A DNA stretch of 64,000 nt from an uncultured Gammaproteobacteria bacterium (GTDB taxonomy: Bacteria > Patescibacteriota > Patescibacteriia > JACQRZ01). The notes under the pieces are model-generated. The model saw nothing but the letters and a program-made list of their open reading frames with translations. It searched no databases and had not been told where the DNA came from. Shown piece by piece: positions 55,553 to 63,998 of the stretch. Position numbers and translations under genes: made by a program. The stretch covers positions 167,226 through 231,225 of the forward strand of contig CAZUKY010000001.1 of assembly GCA_964621085.1 (NCBI GenBank), in the 5' to 3' direction. Each line of letters begins with the position of its first letter. Within the stretch, counting starts at the first letter, position 1.

Positions 55553-55715
55553 GAGATCTCTGCAAAAGTCCACTTCGATGATGTTTGTTCCAGAATCGAG
55601 CGAGCCGCCGCAGGGTCGACGAAGCTGTATCCGTAGCGATACAGTGAGGAGACACTGCGAGTGGCGCAGCCGATTCTGGGGCAAACAGCGCGGAGGGGAC
55701 TTTTGTAGAGATCTC
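55553..55715. repeat. Imperfect 19-bp inverted repeat pair (gagatctctgcaaaagtcc ... ggacttttgtagagatctc) ~125 bp apart, at the left border of the GC-rich island
   Basis: Arms at 55553-55571 and 55697-55715 are reverse complements with a single mismatch. Located in the gap between the O-antigen ligase start and the lipoprotein stop. Confidence 0.4.
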
Positions 55716-55730
55716 GAGTATAAATGAGAA

Positions 55731-55760
55731 GGCGCCCCGTCCCGAAGAGGGAGGGGCGCC
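55731..55760 (-). terminator. GC hairpin (ggcgcccc / ggggcgcc) downstream of the minus-strand lipoprotein gene; putative terminator
   Basis: 8-bp perfect GC stem with a 14-nt loop, 16 nt past the stop codon. T-rich tract on the minus strand after the stem. Confidence 0.35.
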
Positions 55761-55775
55761 CGAATGTGCGCTTGG

Positions 55776-56594
55776 CTACTGGTTCCAGGTGATCCCGCCG
55801 GAGCTGGTGGAGCCGGAGGACGAGGAACCGGAGGCCGCGGGCGAGGCCGGCAGCTCGAGGGTGTTCGTGGACTGGGTCGCCGTGAGCGTGGGAATCTCGA
55901 TGCTGGTCGAGCCAGTCGCGATCGTGTCGAGCACGTTGACCGAGCCCGTGGAGTGCCCGGTGGCGACGGTGATCGACTTGGTCGAGCCGTTGGACAGAGT
56001 CACGACGAAGGTCTCGAATCCGGTCAGCCCGGTCACGACGTTCTGGGACTTGCCCGAAACGGTGGTCATCGGAACATCCACCGACTTCGAGCCGACCGCG
56101 AGCGTCTTGTCGTTGAAGGAGACGGGAGACGTGCTGCCGGTCGAACCCGACGACGACTTCTCCCCGTCCTTCGACGGTACAGCCTCGCTCTTCCGCAGGA
56201 GGTACTTGCTCTCCTTCTGGAAGACCGTGACCACGAGCTTTGAGTTGGCCGAGAGACCCTCGAGGGTCGCGGTCGCCATGCCGAGCGTCACGTAGGGATT
56301 GGCCGGAAGCATGTCAGCGGACCGGGTTTCGGAGACGGACGCCGCCGTTCCGGTCACCGCGGCCGAGATGACCACGCTGCCGGACTTGGGGAGATCCGTG
56401 ACCCCGCTCAGGTCCACCTGCACCGCCAGCCCCTTGGACAGGTAGTAGGGCTTGACGCTCAACTTGTCCGAGGACTCGGTCTTGACCTCGAGGGTCGCGA
56501 CCTCCTGGCTGGGCCCGAAGGGGCAGCCGGTGAGCAGAACGAGCATCCCCGCCAGGGCGAGGACGCGGAAGGAGCCGAACAGCGGCTTCTTCAT
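55776..56594 (-). CDS. Lipoprotein with Ser/Thr-rich repetitive region (ORF opens at 56717; MKKPLFGSF start preferred). Part of the GC-rich island.
   Basis: Signal peptide plus lipobox LLTGC. Repetitive VTG/SxS composition. G+C visibly much higher than the flanking genes. Confidence 0.55.
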   Translation of the reverse strand: MKKPLFGSFRVLALAGMLVLLTGCPFGPSQEVATLEVKTESSDKLSVKPYYLSKGLAVQVDLSGVTDLPKSGSVVISAAVTGTAASVSETRSADMLPANPYVTLGMATATLEGLSANSKLVVTVFQKESKYLLRKSEAVPSKDGEKSSSGSTGSTSPVSFNDKTLAVGSKSVDVPMTTVSGKSQNVVTGLTGFETFVVTLSNGSTKSITVATGHSTGSVNVLDTIATGSTSIEIPTLTATQSTNTLELPASPAASGSSSSGSTSSGGITWNQ

Positions 56595-56763
56595 TGATGT
56601 ACCTCCTTCACACCCTGGGGATCCAGGGACGCGCGTCTGATATGCGCTGCCAACAGGCGAAACGCTGGGCACTATTATTGCACGTAATGACGAGTTTGTC
56701 AAGACTCTTGAACACATCAGTGATACAGAAGAGCTTAACTATACGAAAACCGACCCCAAACCC

Positions 56764-56792
56764 TTGACAGATGAGGCATTTTTTGATAGTAT
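56764..56792 (+). promoter_or_regulatory. Consensus-like sigma70 promoter (TTGACA, 17 nt spacer, TAGTAT) for the secreted-protein gene
   Basis: TTGACA at 56764-56769 and TAGTAT at 56787-56792. AAAGGAG RBS 7 nt before the ATG at 56951. Confidence 0.5.
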
Positions 56793-56950
56793 TAAGCGGT
56801 CGCATATCTTCTGCCGAAGAGCAGAAATAGGGCGATTGAAGCTTGAAAATCAAACAAAATTTGGTTCAGATGTCTTCGGAACGTCTGAAACCGCATACCA
56901 CGGGGAATCCCCGCCACTGGCTGGTGGCGTTCGACGAAAGGAGTTACTCC

Positions 56951-58321
56951 ATGTTCATCCGTAAGACGTTCGCCAGCCTGCTGGCCGTCCTCGGTATCCT
57001 CTGCGCAGCGGCTCCGGCGGATGCGCACGGCAAGTCCACGGCCCCCGCCATTGTCAACGACCACGTCATCGTCCTGCCAAACGGCAAGACGGTCTTCGTG
57101 GGCGACTTCAACGCCGGGATCCACAAGATCGACACTCTCGAGTACGGTAAGGACGACAGCGTGGTCAGGTTCACGGGCGTTCGCACCTGCATCGGCAACG
57201 AGATCGAAGTGGCAGCGAATCTCTCCGGGATGACCTTCACGACCGCGTCCGGCAACGGATACGAGGTCGTGAAGAAGAAGTCCTCGGCCACGAAGCTGAC
57301 GCTGAAGAACATCGGCGCAGCCGCTGCGGACTTCGACGTCGTCCTCAAGGCCGACGGCCGGCTTGCTGGCAAGCACGTCTGGCTCACGGCCAGGAACGTC
57401 TCGACCAACTGCAAGAACGAAACGGTCAAGGCGTGGACCCGCGTGATCCAGGTCACCGAGCCGTGGTTCCAACCGCGGTTCGGGGGCCAGCTCTGGGTCA
57501 ACAACTACGACCAGAGCGCCTGGGCATCCTCGCCCACAGCGTCCTCGTCGCACCTGACCCAGGACGTCCTCGCACTCGCAAGAATGCACGTCACGGGCGG
57601 GTTCGCTCTTCTCGGCGGCGCAGCCGTCGGGCGGACGACCCACAAGTCCGATCCGAACTTCTCGGACCGGACCCTCCCGTGGACCACCCCCGGCTTCGCG
57701 GCGCTGTCGCTCCTGTTCGGTGTCGAGCATGACTATCGGAGCGGTTGGTTCGCCAACCGGCTCCAGCTCATGGGCGGCCCGAACATATCATTGAACGACA
57801 GCTTCCTCCTCGGCACCAAGCGGCCGACGGAGGGCGTGCCGCCACTCAACTTCCTGGCCAGGAGTCGCACCCAGCTCGGCCTGGTGAAGTGGTCCAACCA
57901 CTTCGCCAACGACGGAGGGCGGGCGTTCTACAACACGGATGCCTACATTCCACTCCTCCACTTGGACAAGGAGCGGTTGAATACCCTTGGGGCCTACCTC
58001 GGGTACAACTACAACATCTCCTTCCAGGAGCGGGACATCCACGGCCGTGCCGGTACGGTCGCCACGCAGTGGCTCGGCGGCGCCATGTACAATGGCAACG
58101 CCGGCAATGGGCTCGGCAACTACTTCCTGAAGCTCGGCGGCGGGTTCGCGAATCAGGCCGTCAACCTTCAGATCCAGGGCGGCATCTCCATTATGGACTC
58201 GGATCTGGATCCGGAGTCTCTGGCGGACGTCGCGCGGAAATTGACCGTACAGCCGCATTCGGATCTCGATCCGAAGTCCTTGGCAGACATGCGGCAATTG
58301 GCCGGAAAGGAGACCAAGTGA
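56951..58321 (+). CDS. Secreted protein with signal peptide, hypothetical (ORF opens at 56843). GC-rich island.
   Basis: Signal peptide MFIRKTFASLLAVLGILCAAAPADA. Gly/Asn-rich C-terminal half. No family recognised. Confidence 0.55.
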   Translation: MFIRKTFASLLAVLGILCAAAPADAHGKSTAPAIVNDHVIVLPNGKTVFVGDFNAGIHKIDTLEYGKDDSVVRFTGVRTCIGNEIEVAANLSGMTFTTASGNGYEVVKKKSSATKLTLKNIGAAAADFDVVLKADGRLAGKHVWLTARNVSTNCKNETVKAWTRVIQVTEPWFQPRFGGQLWVNNYDQSAWASSPTASSSHLTQDVLALARMHVTGGFALLGGAAVGRTTHKSDPNFSDRTLPWTTPGFAALSLLFGVEHDYRSGWFANRLQLMGGPNISLNDSFLLGTKRPTEGVPPLNFLARSRTQLGLVKWSNHFANDGGRAFYNTDAYIPLLHLDKERLNTLGAYLGYNYNISFQERDIHGRAGTVATQWLGGAMYNGNAGNGLGNYFLKLGGGFANQAVNLQIQGGISIMDSDLDPESLADVARKLTVQPHSDLDPKSLADMRQLAGKETK

Positions 58322-59181
58322 GGAAGTACCTCCCCTACGTAGTTGGTGCAGTCCTCGCCGGCTGCACCGGATACCCGACCTCCCCTCGGTACCAGGGCCC
58401 TACCGCGTCGGCCGGAGCTTTGGCTCCTGCGTCGACCTCGACGGGGAACCTCGCTCCCACGGCCGCATCCGGCGGCTGCGGGACACCGGCAACTGCGACA
58501 GCGCCGTCAGCACCGGCCAACGACGGCATCCGGTGGAACCAGACCGTGAGCCAAGACTGCGTCCAGCAGTCCAGCCCATCGTCTCCCGCCGCGACGGCCA
58601 GCGCCCCGGCGCAGAGCTCGCAGCCAGCGAGCACTGCAACCGGAAACGCGATCGACCCTGCGTCGGTTACAACCACAGTCGGCGGCAGCTCGCAGCCAGC
58701 GAGCACGACGACCGGACAGCAACCGACCACGTCGACGCAACCGGCGCAGGTCGCCCGGCCTCGGGTACAGTTGGTCGGGACTCGACTCGAGTTCGAGTTC
58801 CCGCTCAACAATGTCCCGGGGTTGGTCGGCACGGAGGTGCAGCAGCTCCTCCAGCCGGCCAGCACCCAGGTGTACCTCGGGTCTGACCGACTCGGTTACA
58901 TTACGGATTCGCCGACGCCACGCGGCCGGTCCTGCGGAGCGCTCACTCAGCGCAGCCCGCAGATCAACATCGCCGGCACACTCCTTCCCGGACCGCTGGT
59001 CTGGTACGCCTCCTGCGACAGTGCCGGCACCGGCGACGGGGGAAACATCCTCTTCCGATGGGACTACCCGCGGTCATCCGACCGCTGGGGGTACATCGAG
59101 GGGATGGACTTCGGGCCAGGCGTCGGATGGCGCTTCGACCCGAATCCCGCCTGCCCCCGCTGCAGGCAACTCATCTGGTGA
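58318..59181 (+). CDS. Lipoprotein with S/T/P/Q-rich linker and Cys-containing C-terminal domain (GTG start overlapping the preceding stop). GC-rich island.
   Basis: VRKYLPYVVGAVLAGC lipobox. Internal direct DNA repeat agctcgcagccagcgagcac, once at ~58614 and again at ~58686. The ORF track merges it into a longer overlapping ORF opening at 57745. Confidence 0.5.
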   Translation: MRKYLPYVVGAVLAGCTGYPTSPRYQGPTASAGALAPASTSTGNLAPTAASGGCGTPATATAPSAPANDGIRWNQTVSQDCVQQSSPSSPAATASAPAQSSQPASTATGNAIDPASVTTTVGGSSQPASTTTGQQPTTSTQPAQVARPRVQLVGTRLEFEFPLNNVPGLVGTEVQQLLQPASTQVYLGSDRLGYITDSPTPRGRSCGALTQRSPQINIAGTLLPGPLVWYASCDSAGTGDGGNILFRWDYPRSSDRWGYIEGMDFGPGVGWRFDPNPACPRCRQLIW

Positions 59182-59186
59182 TCTTT

Positions 59187-59230
59187 AAAGACCCGCCGTG
59201 CATCCAGCACGCGCGGGTCTTCTTTCTTTC
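59187..59230 (+). terminator. Intrinsic terminator after the island's last gene
   Basis: agacccgc / gcgggtct 8-bp stem with a structured 16-nt loop, followed by tctttctttc. Confidence 0.5.
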
Positions 59231-59247
59231 TAGAAATTTTCCTAGAG

Positions 59248-59383
59248 ACAGAGGGGGCATTCCTTCAGACGCCGCCCGCAGCCGGCGGGCATGGTTTTTC
59301 GAGTGAAGCGAGAAAATTGCCGGCGAGGATAGAGGCGGATTCTCGCAGGGAATCGCCGTGCGGCTGAAGGAATGCCCCTCTGT
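59248..59383. repeat. Imperfect ~21-bp inverted repeat pair (acagagggggcattccttcag ... ctgaaggaatgcccctctgt) ~95 bp apart, at the right border of the GC-rich island
   Basis: Arms at 59248-59268 and 59364-59383 are reverse complements with a 1-nt indel. The spacer contains a gcccgc/gcgggc hairpin followed by ttttt. Confidence 0.4.
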
Positions 59384-59390
59384 CGACCGT

Positions 59391-60341
59391 CTACACCTCG
59401 TCAACGTGCCAGTGCTGCAAAGTATCGTAATCCGTAAATCGAAATATCGCATGCACCTTTTTGCCACCGAGGACGGCCGGCAGCCAGTGGGGATCATCCA
59501 GCCACATCGAGTCGAACGGCACGGCATCTGCATCGAACCACTGGGGACGCATCTCTTCTGATTCTGCCGGCTCGCCCTCGTATTCGGTAATACGGAACAC
59601 GAAGACCTCCATTTCCAATCGCTCATGTTCATAGAAAAAGCGCAGAACTCCCACCTCTTCACTTGCGCGCGCGGTAATGCCCGCCTCTTCCGATAACTCG
59701 CGCATTGCCGCATCGCGGATACTCTCCCCGCCCTCCACCTTGCCGCCAAAACCATTCCACTTGCCTGCGCCGAATCCCCGCTTCTTCATTCCTAACAGCA
59801 CCCGCGCGCCATCCATTACAAGACACATCGTCAGAATTTTCTTGTGCCATCCGACAGAACTCGAATCACCAATCGACTGCACTGCTGTGCGAAGCGACCT
59901 CTCATACTCGCCAAGCGCATGCCGTTTGTGGCCCTCGAGCAGCCAGGAGCTCGACTGCACCTTGCCGCCCTGACCGACGCCAAATACCATCTCCGCGCCG
60001 ATCTCATTGCAGACAGGCACCTCGGGGATATTGTCATGCGTACGGTCCCCGCCGTTGCAAAATATATCCGGCCGCACGGCCCGCAGCGCCTCACAGACGC
60101 TGTAGTCGCTTGTATCCGGAGTATGTTTAGTAAGCACGACCTCGTCCACCTCTTTCAACGCGGCAAGCACTTCCGCCCGCTCGTGTTCGGGCATGAAAAC
60201 GAAACCCTTTTTCATGCGGAGCCAGTTGTCGTTATTCAAAATGACGACCAGCTTGTCGCCAAATTTTTTCGCTTCTTTGATATACCGTATGTGTCCGGCA
60301 TGGATAGGATCGAATCCGCCGCTTACCGCTACAACGCGCAT
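59391..60341 (-). CDS. Bifunctional nucleotidyltransferase (cytidylyltransferase-like HxGH fold)-NUDIX hydrolase fusion (NadM-Nudix-like architecture)
   Basis: N-terminal VSGGFDPIHAGHIRYI (HxGH nucleotidyltransferase motif). C-terminal Nudix box GGKVEGGESIRDAAMRELSEEAGI. Confidence 0.7.
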   Translation of the reverse strand: MRVVAVSGGFDPIHAGHIRYIKEAKKFGDKLVVILNNDNWLRMKKGFVFMPEHERAEVLAALKEVDEVVLTKHTPDTSDYSVCEALRAVRPDIFCNGGDRTHDNIPEVPVCNEIGAEMVFGVGQGGKVQSSSWLLEGHKRHALGEYERSLRTAVQSIGDSSSVGWHKKILTMCLVMDGARVLLGMKKRGFGAGKWNGFGGKVEGGESIRDAAMRELSEEAGITARASEEVGVLRFFYEHERLEMEVFVFRITEYEGEPAESEEMRPQWFDADAVPFDSMWLDDPHWLPAVLGGKKVHAIFRFTDYDTLQHWHVDEV

Positions 60342-60405
60342 AGACTATTGATGAATCTTTTAATCTTTGCTAGTACTTTACAGTGCGGGGAAAGGAGGGG
60401 CAAGG

Positions 60406-60966
60406 ATGGACGCATATCATCCCCTGTTTTGCATCGTTGGCGCATCGGGAAGCGGAAAAACAACGCTGATCACGTCTCTTGTCCAACGGCATCCGCAACT
60501 CCTCGAGATCGTTCCTTCTACAACGACGCGGAGAAAAAAACCCGAGGAGGAGGTGCGCATGTTCAAAAAGTTCTACCGCCGCATACATCGGCATAGCACC
60601 TTTGAGGAACGACTCGAGCAAGGGGACTTCATCGGCGCAGACCAGTACGCCGGCGAGTGGTACGGCACCAACCGGTACACGCTCCTCCGGATTCTTCACC
60701 ACCGGAGCGGCGTTATCGCGGTAACGGAGAAGGGCGCAGAAGCGCTCCGCGTGGAAGGGGTCACACGGGAATTTCAAGTCTGCGTCATCGAAATCCTGCC
60801 GGACGGCTCTGATACAAGCGGCATTTCCCAAGAGCGGCAGAACGCCGACCGCGCGCGTCGCGGCACGGTGCTGGCAGACCACGTGATCGTCAACTCGTTT
60901 GCAGAAGACGGGCTCGATCACGCACTCTCGCAACTTGAAAAAATAGTTCTCGCAAACCTTGCATAA
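60406..60966 (+). CDS. Guanylate-kinase-like P-loop kinase (ORF opens at 60367; RBS-supported start at 60406)
   Basis: P-loop IVGASGSGKTTL, then S-TTR-K...E..G-DF (STTTRRKKPEEE...GDFIGADQYAGEWYGT) as in Gmk. C-terminal half is divergent. GGAGG RBS. Confidence 0.5.
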   Translation: MDAYHPLFCIVGASGSGKTTLITSLVQRHPQLLEIVPSTTTRRKKPEEEVRMFKKFYRRIHRHSTFEERLEQGDFIGADQYAGEWYGTNRYTLLRILHHRSGVIAVTEKGAEALRVEGVTREFQVCVIEILPDGSDTSGISQERQNADRARRGTVLADHVIVNSFAEDGLDHALSQLEKIVLANLA

Positions 60967-61051
60967 AGCCAGGGCTCACGCAGTCCCTGGCTTTGTTATT
61001 TTAAAACGTCCGCGGAGGGCAAAGCGCACACTCCGCGGACCGAAAGAGCTA

Positions 61052-61696
61052 CTAGGCCTCCCTGTGCCTCAAAGCTTCAAACAACTCGTCTTCAAGCTTG
61101 AAGGTCTCGACGAGACGCTTGGCCGTGGTGTAGCGAGCTGCTTGCCGCTTATACCACTCCTCAGCAACCTCGCCCAAACGATCGAATATCTCCTTCATGC
61201 CGATCGAGCGCACTTGCGAGTCGGGTGCCTTCAGTTCGCTGAAGAGACTCGCAAGTTTCGTCTCCTGAATGAGAACATTGGTGGCCCGCTCGATCCACGA
61301 CCCGCTCGAACCGCCCGGCCGGTATTTGTCGAACTGAATGATCACCCGAATCCACTCGGCTTTCTGGGTCAGAAAGAGGATCTCGCGGCTGCCGCTCTCG
61401 TCGATTCGGCAATGGCAGAAGACAAGCGGCATCGCGATACCCGTCGTGGTGAAGATTGTCCGCTTGCTCAGGTTTCTTACCTCAGGCTCGCTTGAATTCA
61501 GCGAGTGCCCCATCCCGAATTCCTCAGACTCCAGTCGGTAGTCGCCGAGACGCGGAAGTCGCATTTCCGCAAGCCGCGGCTTCAAAGCGCGGCGGCGAGT
61601 CTCGATGAGAGCATCCCATTCCTCCGAAGTCCGGGGACGTTTGGCGCAAATCAATTTGGCGCCTTCGGACAACAGTTCCATTTCGACCTCCTTCAA
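61052..61696 (-). CDS. Hypothetical protein (214 aa)
   Basis: Continuous ORF. No family recognised. Confidence 0.4.
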   Translation of the reverse strand: MKEVEMELLSEGAKLICAKRPRTSEEWDALIETRRRALKPRLAEMRLPRLGDYRLESEEFGMGHSLNSSEPEVRNLSKRTIFTTTGIAMPLVFCHCRIDESGSREILFLTQKAEWIRVIIQFDKYRPGGSSGSWIERATNVLIQETKLASLFSELKAPDSQVRSIGMKEIFDRLGEVAEEWYKRQAARYTTAKRLVETFKLEDELFEALRHREA

Positions 61697-61822
61697 CGCG
61701 GGGAATGCCCCTTGCCATTCGCCTCAGGGAACGCCCATCGGCGAAGGTGATCGTATCTCTTTTTAAAAAGAGTATCAAGGGTTTTTGACTGCTGTGTAAA
61801 TGCCGAGGCAGCGCTTGGGGCA

Positions 61823-62500
61823 CTAGGTTAATGGATACTTCTTTGTTGCACCACTGATCATACTGCAAAACTCATCTATTTCGGTAGCATACTCCCTCAG
61901 AAATACTCGAAGGTCATTCGAAAATGCATCGGGAAACTTTTCCATCTCAGATGAAAGGTCGTTCAAAGTATACCACAATACACCTTGCGCTTCGCCGTCT
62001 GCCGGCTTAACACTGCCATCGTAGAGACCAAAGTAGACATGGGTCTTATTTGCGATTTCAACTGTTTCGTCGCCAAACACTTTTTTGAGATAAAATATTT
62101 TACTCTGGATGTGCTTCACAATGGCAATAGTCTGCAGGTAATTTTGCAAGAGATCAAATGCCTTTCTAAAGTCTTCTGTTGACTTCATGACAATGGAGGG
62201 AGTCTGCAGCTCCTGCACTGTTTCAACCATTACGGTAAAATCTGGCGCATCCCCGTAGCGGATATGACCACCCATAGACTTGTCAATCAACCCTGGATTA
62301 TGGGCTTTATGGTAATTCCTCTTCTGAAGCAGGAGCTCCTTCCTTGTGTTGAAAATAAAGATTGCAACAATATCAGCGGCCCGTGTTGGCTTTTGTGCAT
62401 TCCGATAGGCGCTGATCTGTTCAGCATAGAACTCATCACGATCCATCGGTATTGCCGAATCAGGATTGTTTAGGAAGTATGTATTAATTATCTCTTGCAT
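61823..62500 (-). CDS. NUDIX-superfamily protein (divergent Nudix box, IDI-type-1-like). AT-rich segment.
   Basis: KAHNPGLIDKSMGGHIRYGD...VMVETVQEL resembles the Nudix motif of isopentenyl-diphosphate isomerase type-1-like hydrolases. Low G+C. Confidence 0.45.
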   Translation of the reverse strand: MQEIINTYFLNNPDSAIPMDRDEFYAEQISAYRNAQKPTRAADIVAIFIFNTRKELLLQKRNYHKAHNPGLIDKSMGGHIRYGDAPDFTVMVETVQELQTPSIVMKSTEDFRKAFDLLQNYLQTIAIVKHIQSKIFYLKKVFGDETVEIANKTHVYFGLYDGSVKPADGEAQGVLWYTLNDLSSEMEKFPDAFSNDLRVFLREYATEIDEFCSMISGATKKYPLT

Positions 62501-62645
62501 AGCGTCTGAATGTATTCTTGGGCACTATTTTTATGCACCATAACAGCGATTGAAGTCCTAGCTTAATAGAGTAGATCGCTCCTATAGTATTTCTGTATCG
62601 TAACTCATAGTTCTCCGCGCCGTGACAGCGGCCGAAGTGATATTT

Positions 62646-63104
62646 TTATGAGGTGCTACTTAGCTTAATTTCTTCCGCAAGTCGCATCAGCTCCGACATA
62701 TCAGCCTGCGGACCTAATTGAGTGGATACATAACCCTCGTACCTCTCGAAAAACACCTGATCTTTCACCCACATCTCCTGAAATTTTCCCTTAATGCCAT
62801 GAAGTGGATACAACTTAATATGTGCGTCATTTACACTCATTCCCTCCATGACCATTGCCACCCTAGAAATCTGCAGTCCCTTTTCAATCATCTTCGCTAC
62901 AGATTGTGAAGTAAACATAAAATCCGAATATACATCCTTCGGTAAGTCAAATGCATAGGAATCATAATGTACTTTTGGAAGTACAAGCGTCATCCCTCTC
63001 GTGTTTGGATTCACGTCTAATATTGCTAGGAATTTTTCATCTTCCCAAATTCTAGTAGATTCAATTTCCCCAGCTACAATTTTGCAAAAAATACAATTCC
63101 GCAT
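62646..63104 (-). CDS. HIT (histidine triad) family protein with a degenerate triad
   Basis: N-terminal CIFCKIVAGEI. The triad region reads NDAHIKLYPLHG rather than the canonical HxHxHxx. Confidence 0.65.
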   Translation of the reverse strand: MRNCIFCKIVAGEIESTRIWEDEKFLAILDVNPNTRGMTLVLPKVHYDSYAFDLPKDVYSDFMFTSQSVAKMIEKGLQISRVAMVMEGMSVNDAHIKLYPLHGIKGKFQEMWVKDQVFFERYEGYVSTQLGPQADMSELMRLAEEIKLSSTS

Positions 63105-63291
63105 AACATTTCACTATTTATTATGACAACGTTTGAAGTGCAATTTTATGTATGCATGCGGCACTCATTCCTTAAAGCGCTCGGGATCATGTTCGATATC
63201 TGGACGATTTGAAAGTTTATGTCGTCGACTTTTGATCCATGATACAAAGTTCTTTGCATATTACCTACGCGCCGCGACAACGCTTGTAGTG

Positions 63292-63798
63292 TTAATTTAA
63301 CGGATATTTTAATCTGCGTATTACGGGATATATAATTGAATGGCAGCTTCTCTCATCTAGATCCTCGAGGGGCTTCCATTCAATCTTACTGATCTCGTCG
63401 CCGTCATACGTATTGATGACTTCGATATCTTGCTCTGGCCAGAGAAGTTCCGCAAGGTATACCATAATTACGGAGTGATAGAACTTTTTTTCGTAACGGT
63501 GATAGAAGTTACTTTCGCTTACATGAAATGGCGTGTCAGACAACGTAATCGAATATCCCGTCTCCTCATAAACCTCTCGCTTAATCCCCTCTGCAATACT
63601 CTCGCCTTCATCCACGCCACCACCTGGCAATTCCCATAATATGTTCCACGTTGGAACAACCATGAGGACCTTATCACATTCTGATCGGACAAGACCATAT
63701 CCCGAGATTCTCCAATAGACTCTTTCCCCTTGAGGAAGTTGGTAGGGCTGACCATTCGCGTCAAGAAAAACGTTGAGGGGATTAGAATTATTTTGCAC
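63292..63798 (-). CDS. NUDIX hydrolase
   Basis: Nudix box WELPGGGVDEGESIAEGIKREVYEETGY. Confidence 0.8.
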   Translation of the reverse strand: MQNNSNPLNVFLDANGQPYQLPQGERVYWRISGYGLVRSECDKVLMVVPTWNILWELPGGGVDEGESIAEGIKREVYEETGYSITLSDTPFHVSESNFYHRYEKKFYHSVIMVYLAELLWPEQDIEVINTYDGDEISKIEWKPLEDLDERSCHSIIYPVIRRLKYPLN

Positions 63799-63839
63799 AT
63801 TATGCTCAATGGCACTTTTTGAAGTGCTATCTAAATGGA

Positions 63840-63998
63840 TTATTCGCCTTCATCGTCTTCCTCGCATTCGGGACGCATATCCTCCAAATCGCCAAATATA
63901 TCTCTTGCCACTTCAAAAGCATCTTGATCTTTTGCGGCAAACCATATCCAAGAGGACGCTCCTTCCATAGAATCGCACGATACCAAAAGATCATCCGT
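63840..63998 (-). CDS. 3' end of a gene entering from the right edge (…ARDIFGDLEDMRPECEEDDEGE*), hypothetical
   Basis: Manual minus-strand translation is open for 52 codons from the window edge to TAA at 63840-63842. Acidic C-terminal tail. Confidence 0.3.
   Translation of the reverse strand, partial: TDDLLVSCDSMEGASSWIWFAAKDQDAFEVARDIFGDLEDMRPECEEDDEGE

Noticed and set aside
54554-55636. 360-aa plus-strand ORF rich in K/R/Q
   Set aside because: It is antisense to the O-antigen-ligase-like membrane protein. Low complexity.
57745-58317. Upstream part of the 478-aa ORF merged with the second lipoprotein
   Set aside because: It overlaps the secreted-protein gene in another frame. The lipoprotein signal peptide and lipobox begin at the GTG at 58318, immediately after the preceding stop.
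56951-58321. Calling the secreted Gly/Asn-rich protein an outer-membrane beta-barrel porin
   Set aside because: It has only compositional resemblance, with no clear alternating amphipathic strands or C-terminal Phe signature. The organism may be monoderm, so it is left as a hypothetical secreted protein.
58614-58705. 22-bp direct repeat inside the second lipoprotein gene as a regulatory element
   Set aside because: It encodes a duplicated SSQPAST peptide unit within an S/T/P-rich linker. This is ordinary low-complexity expansion.
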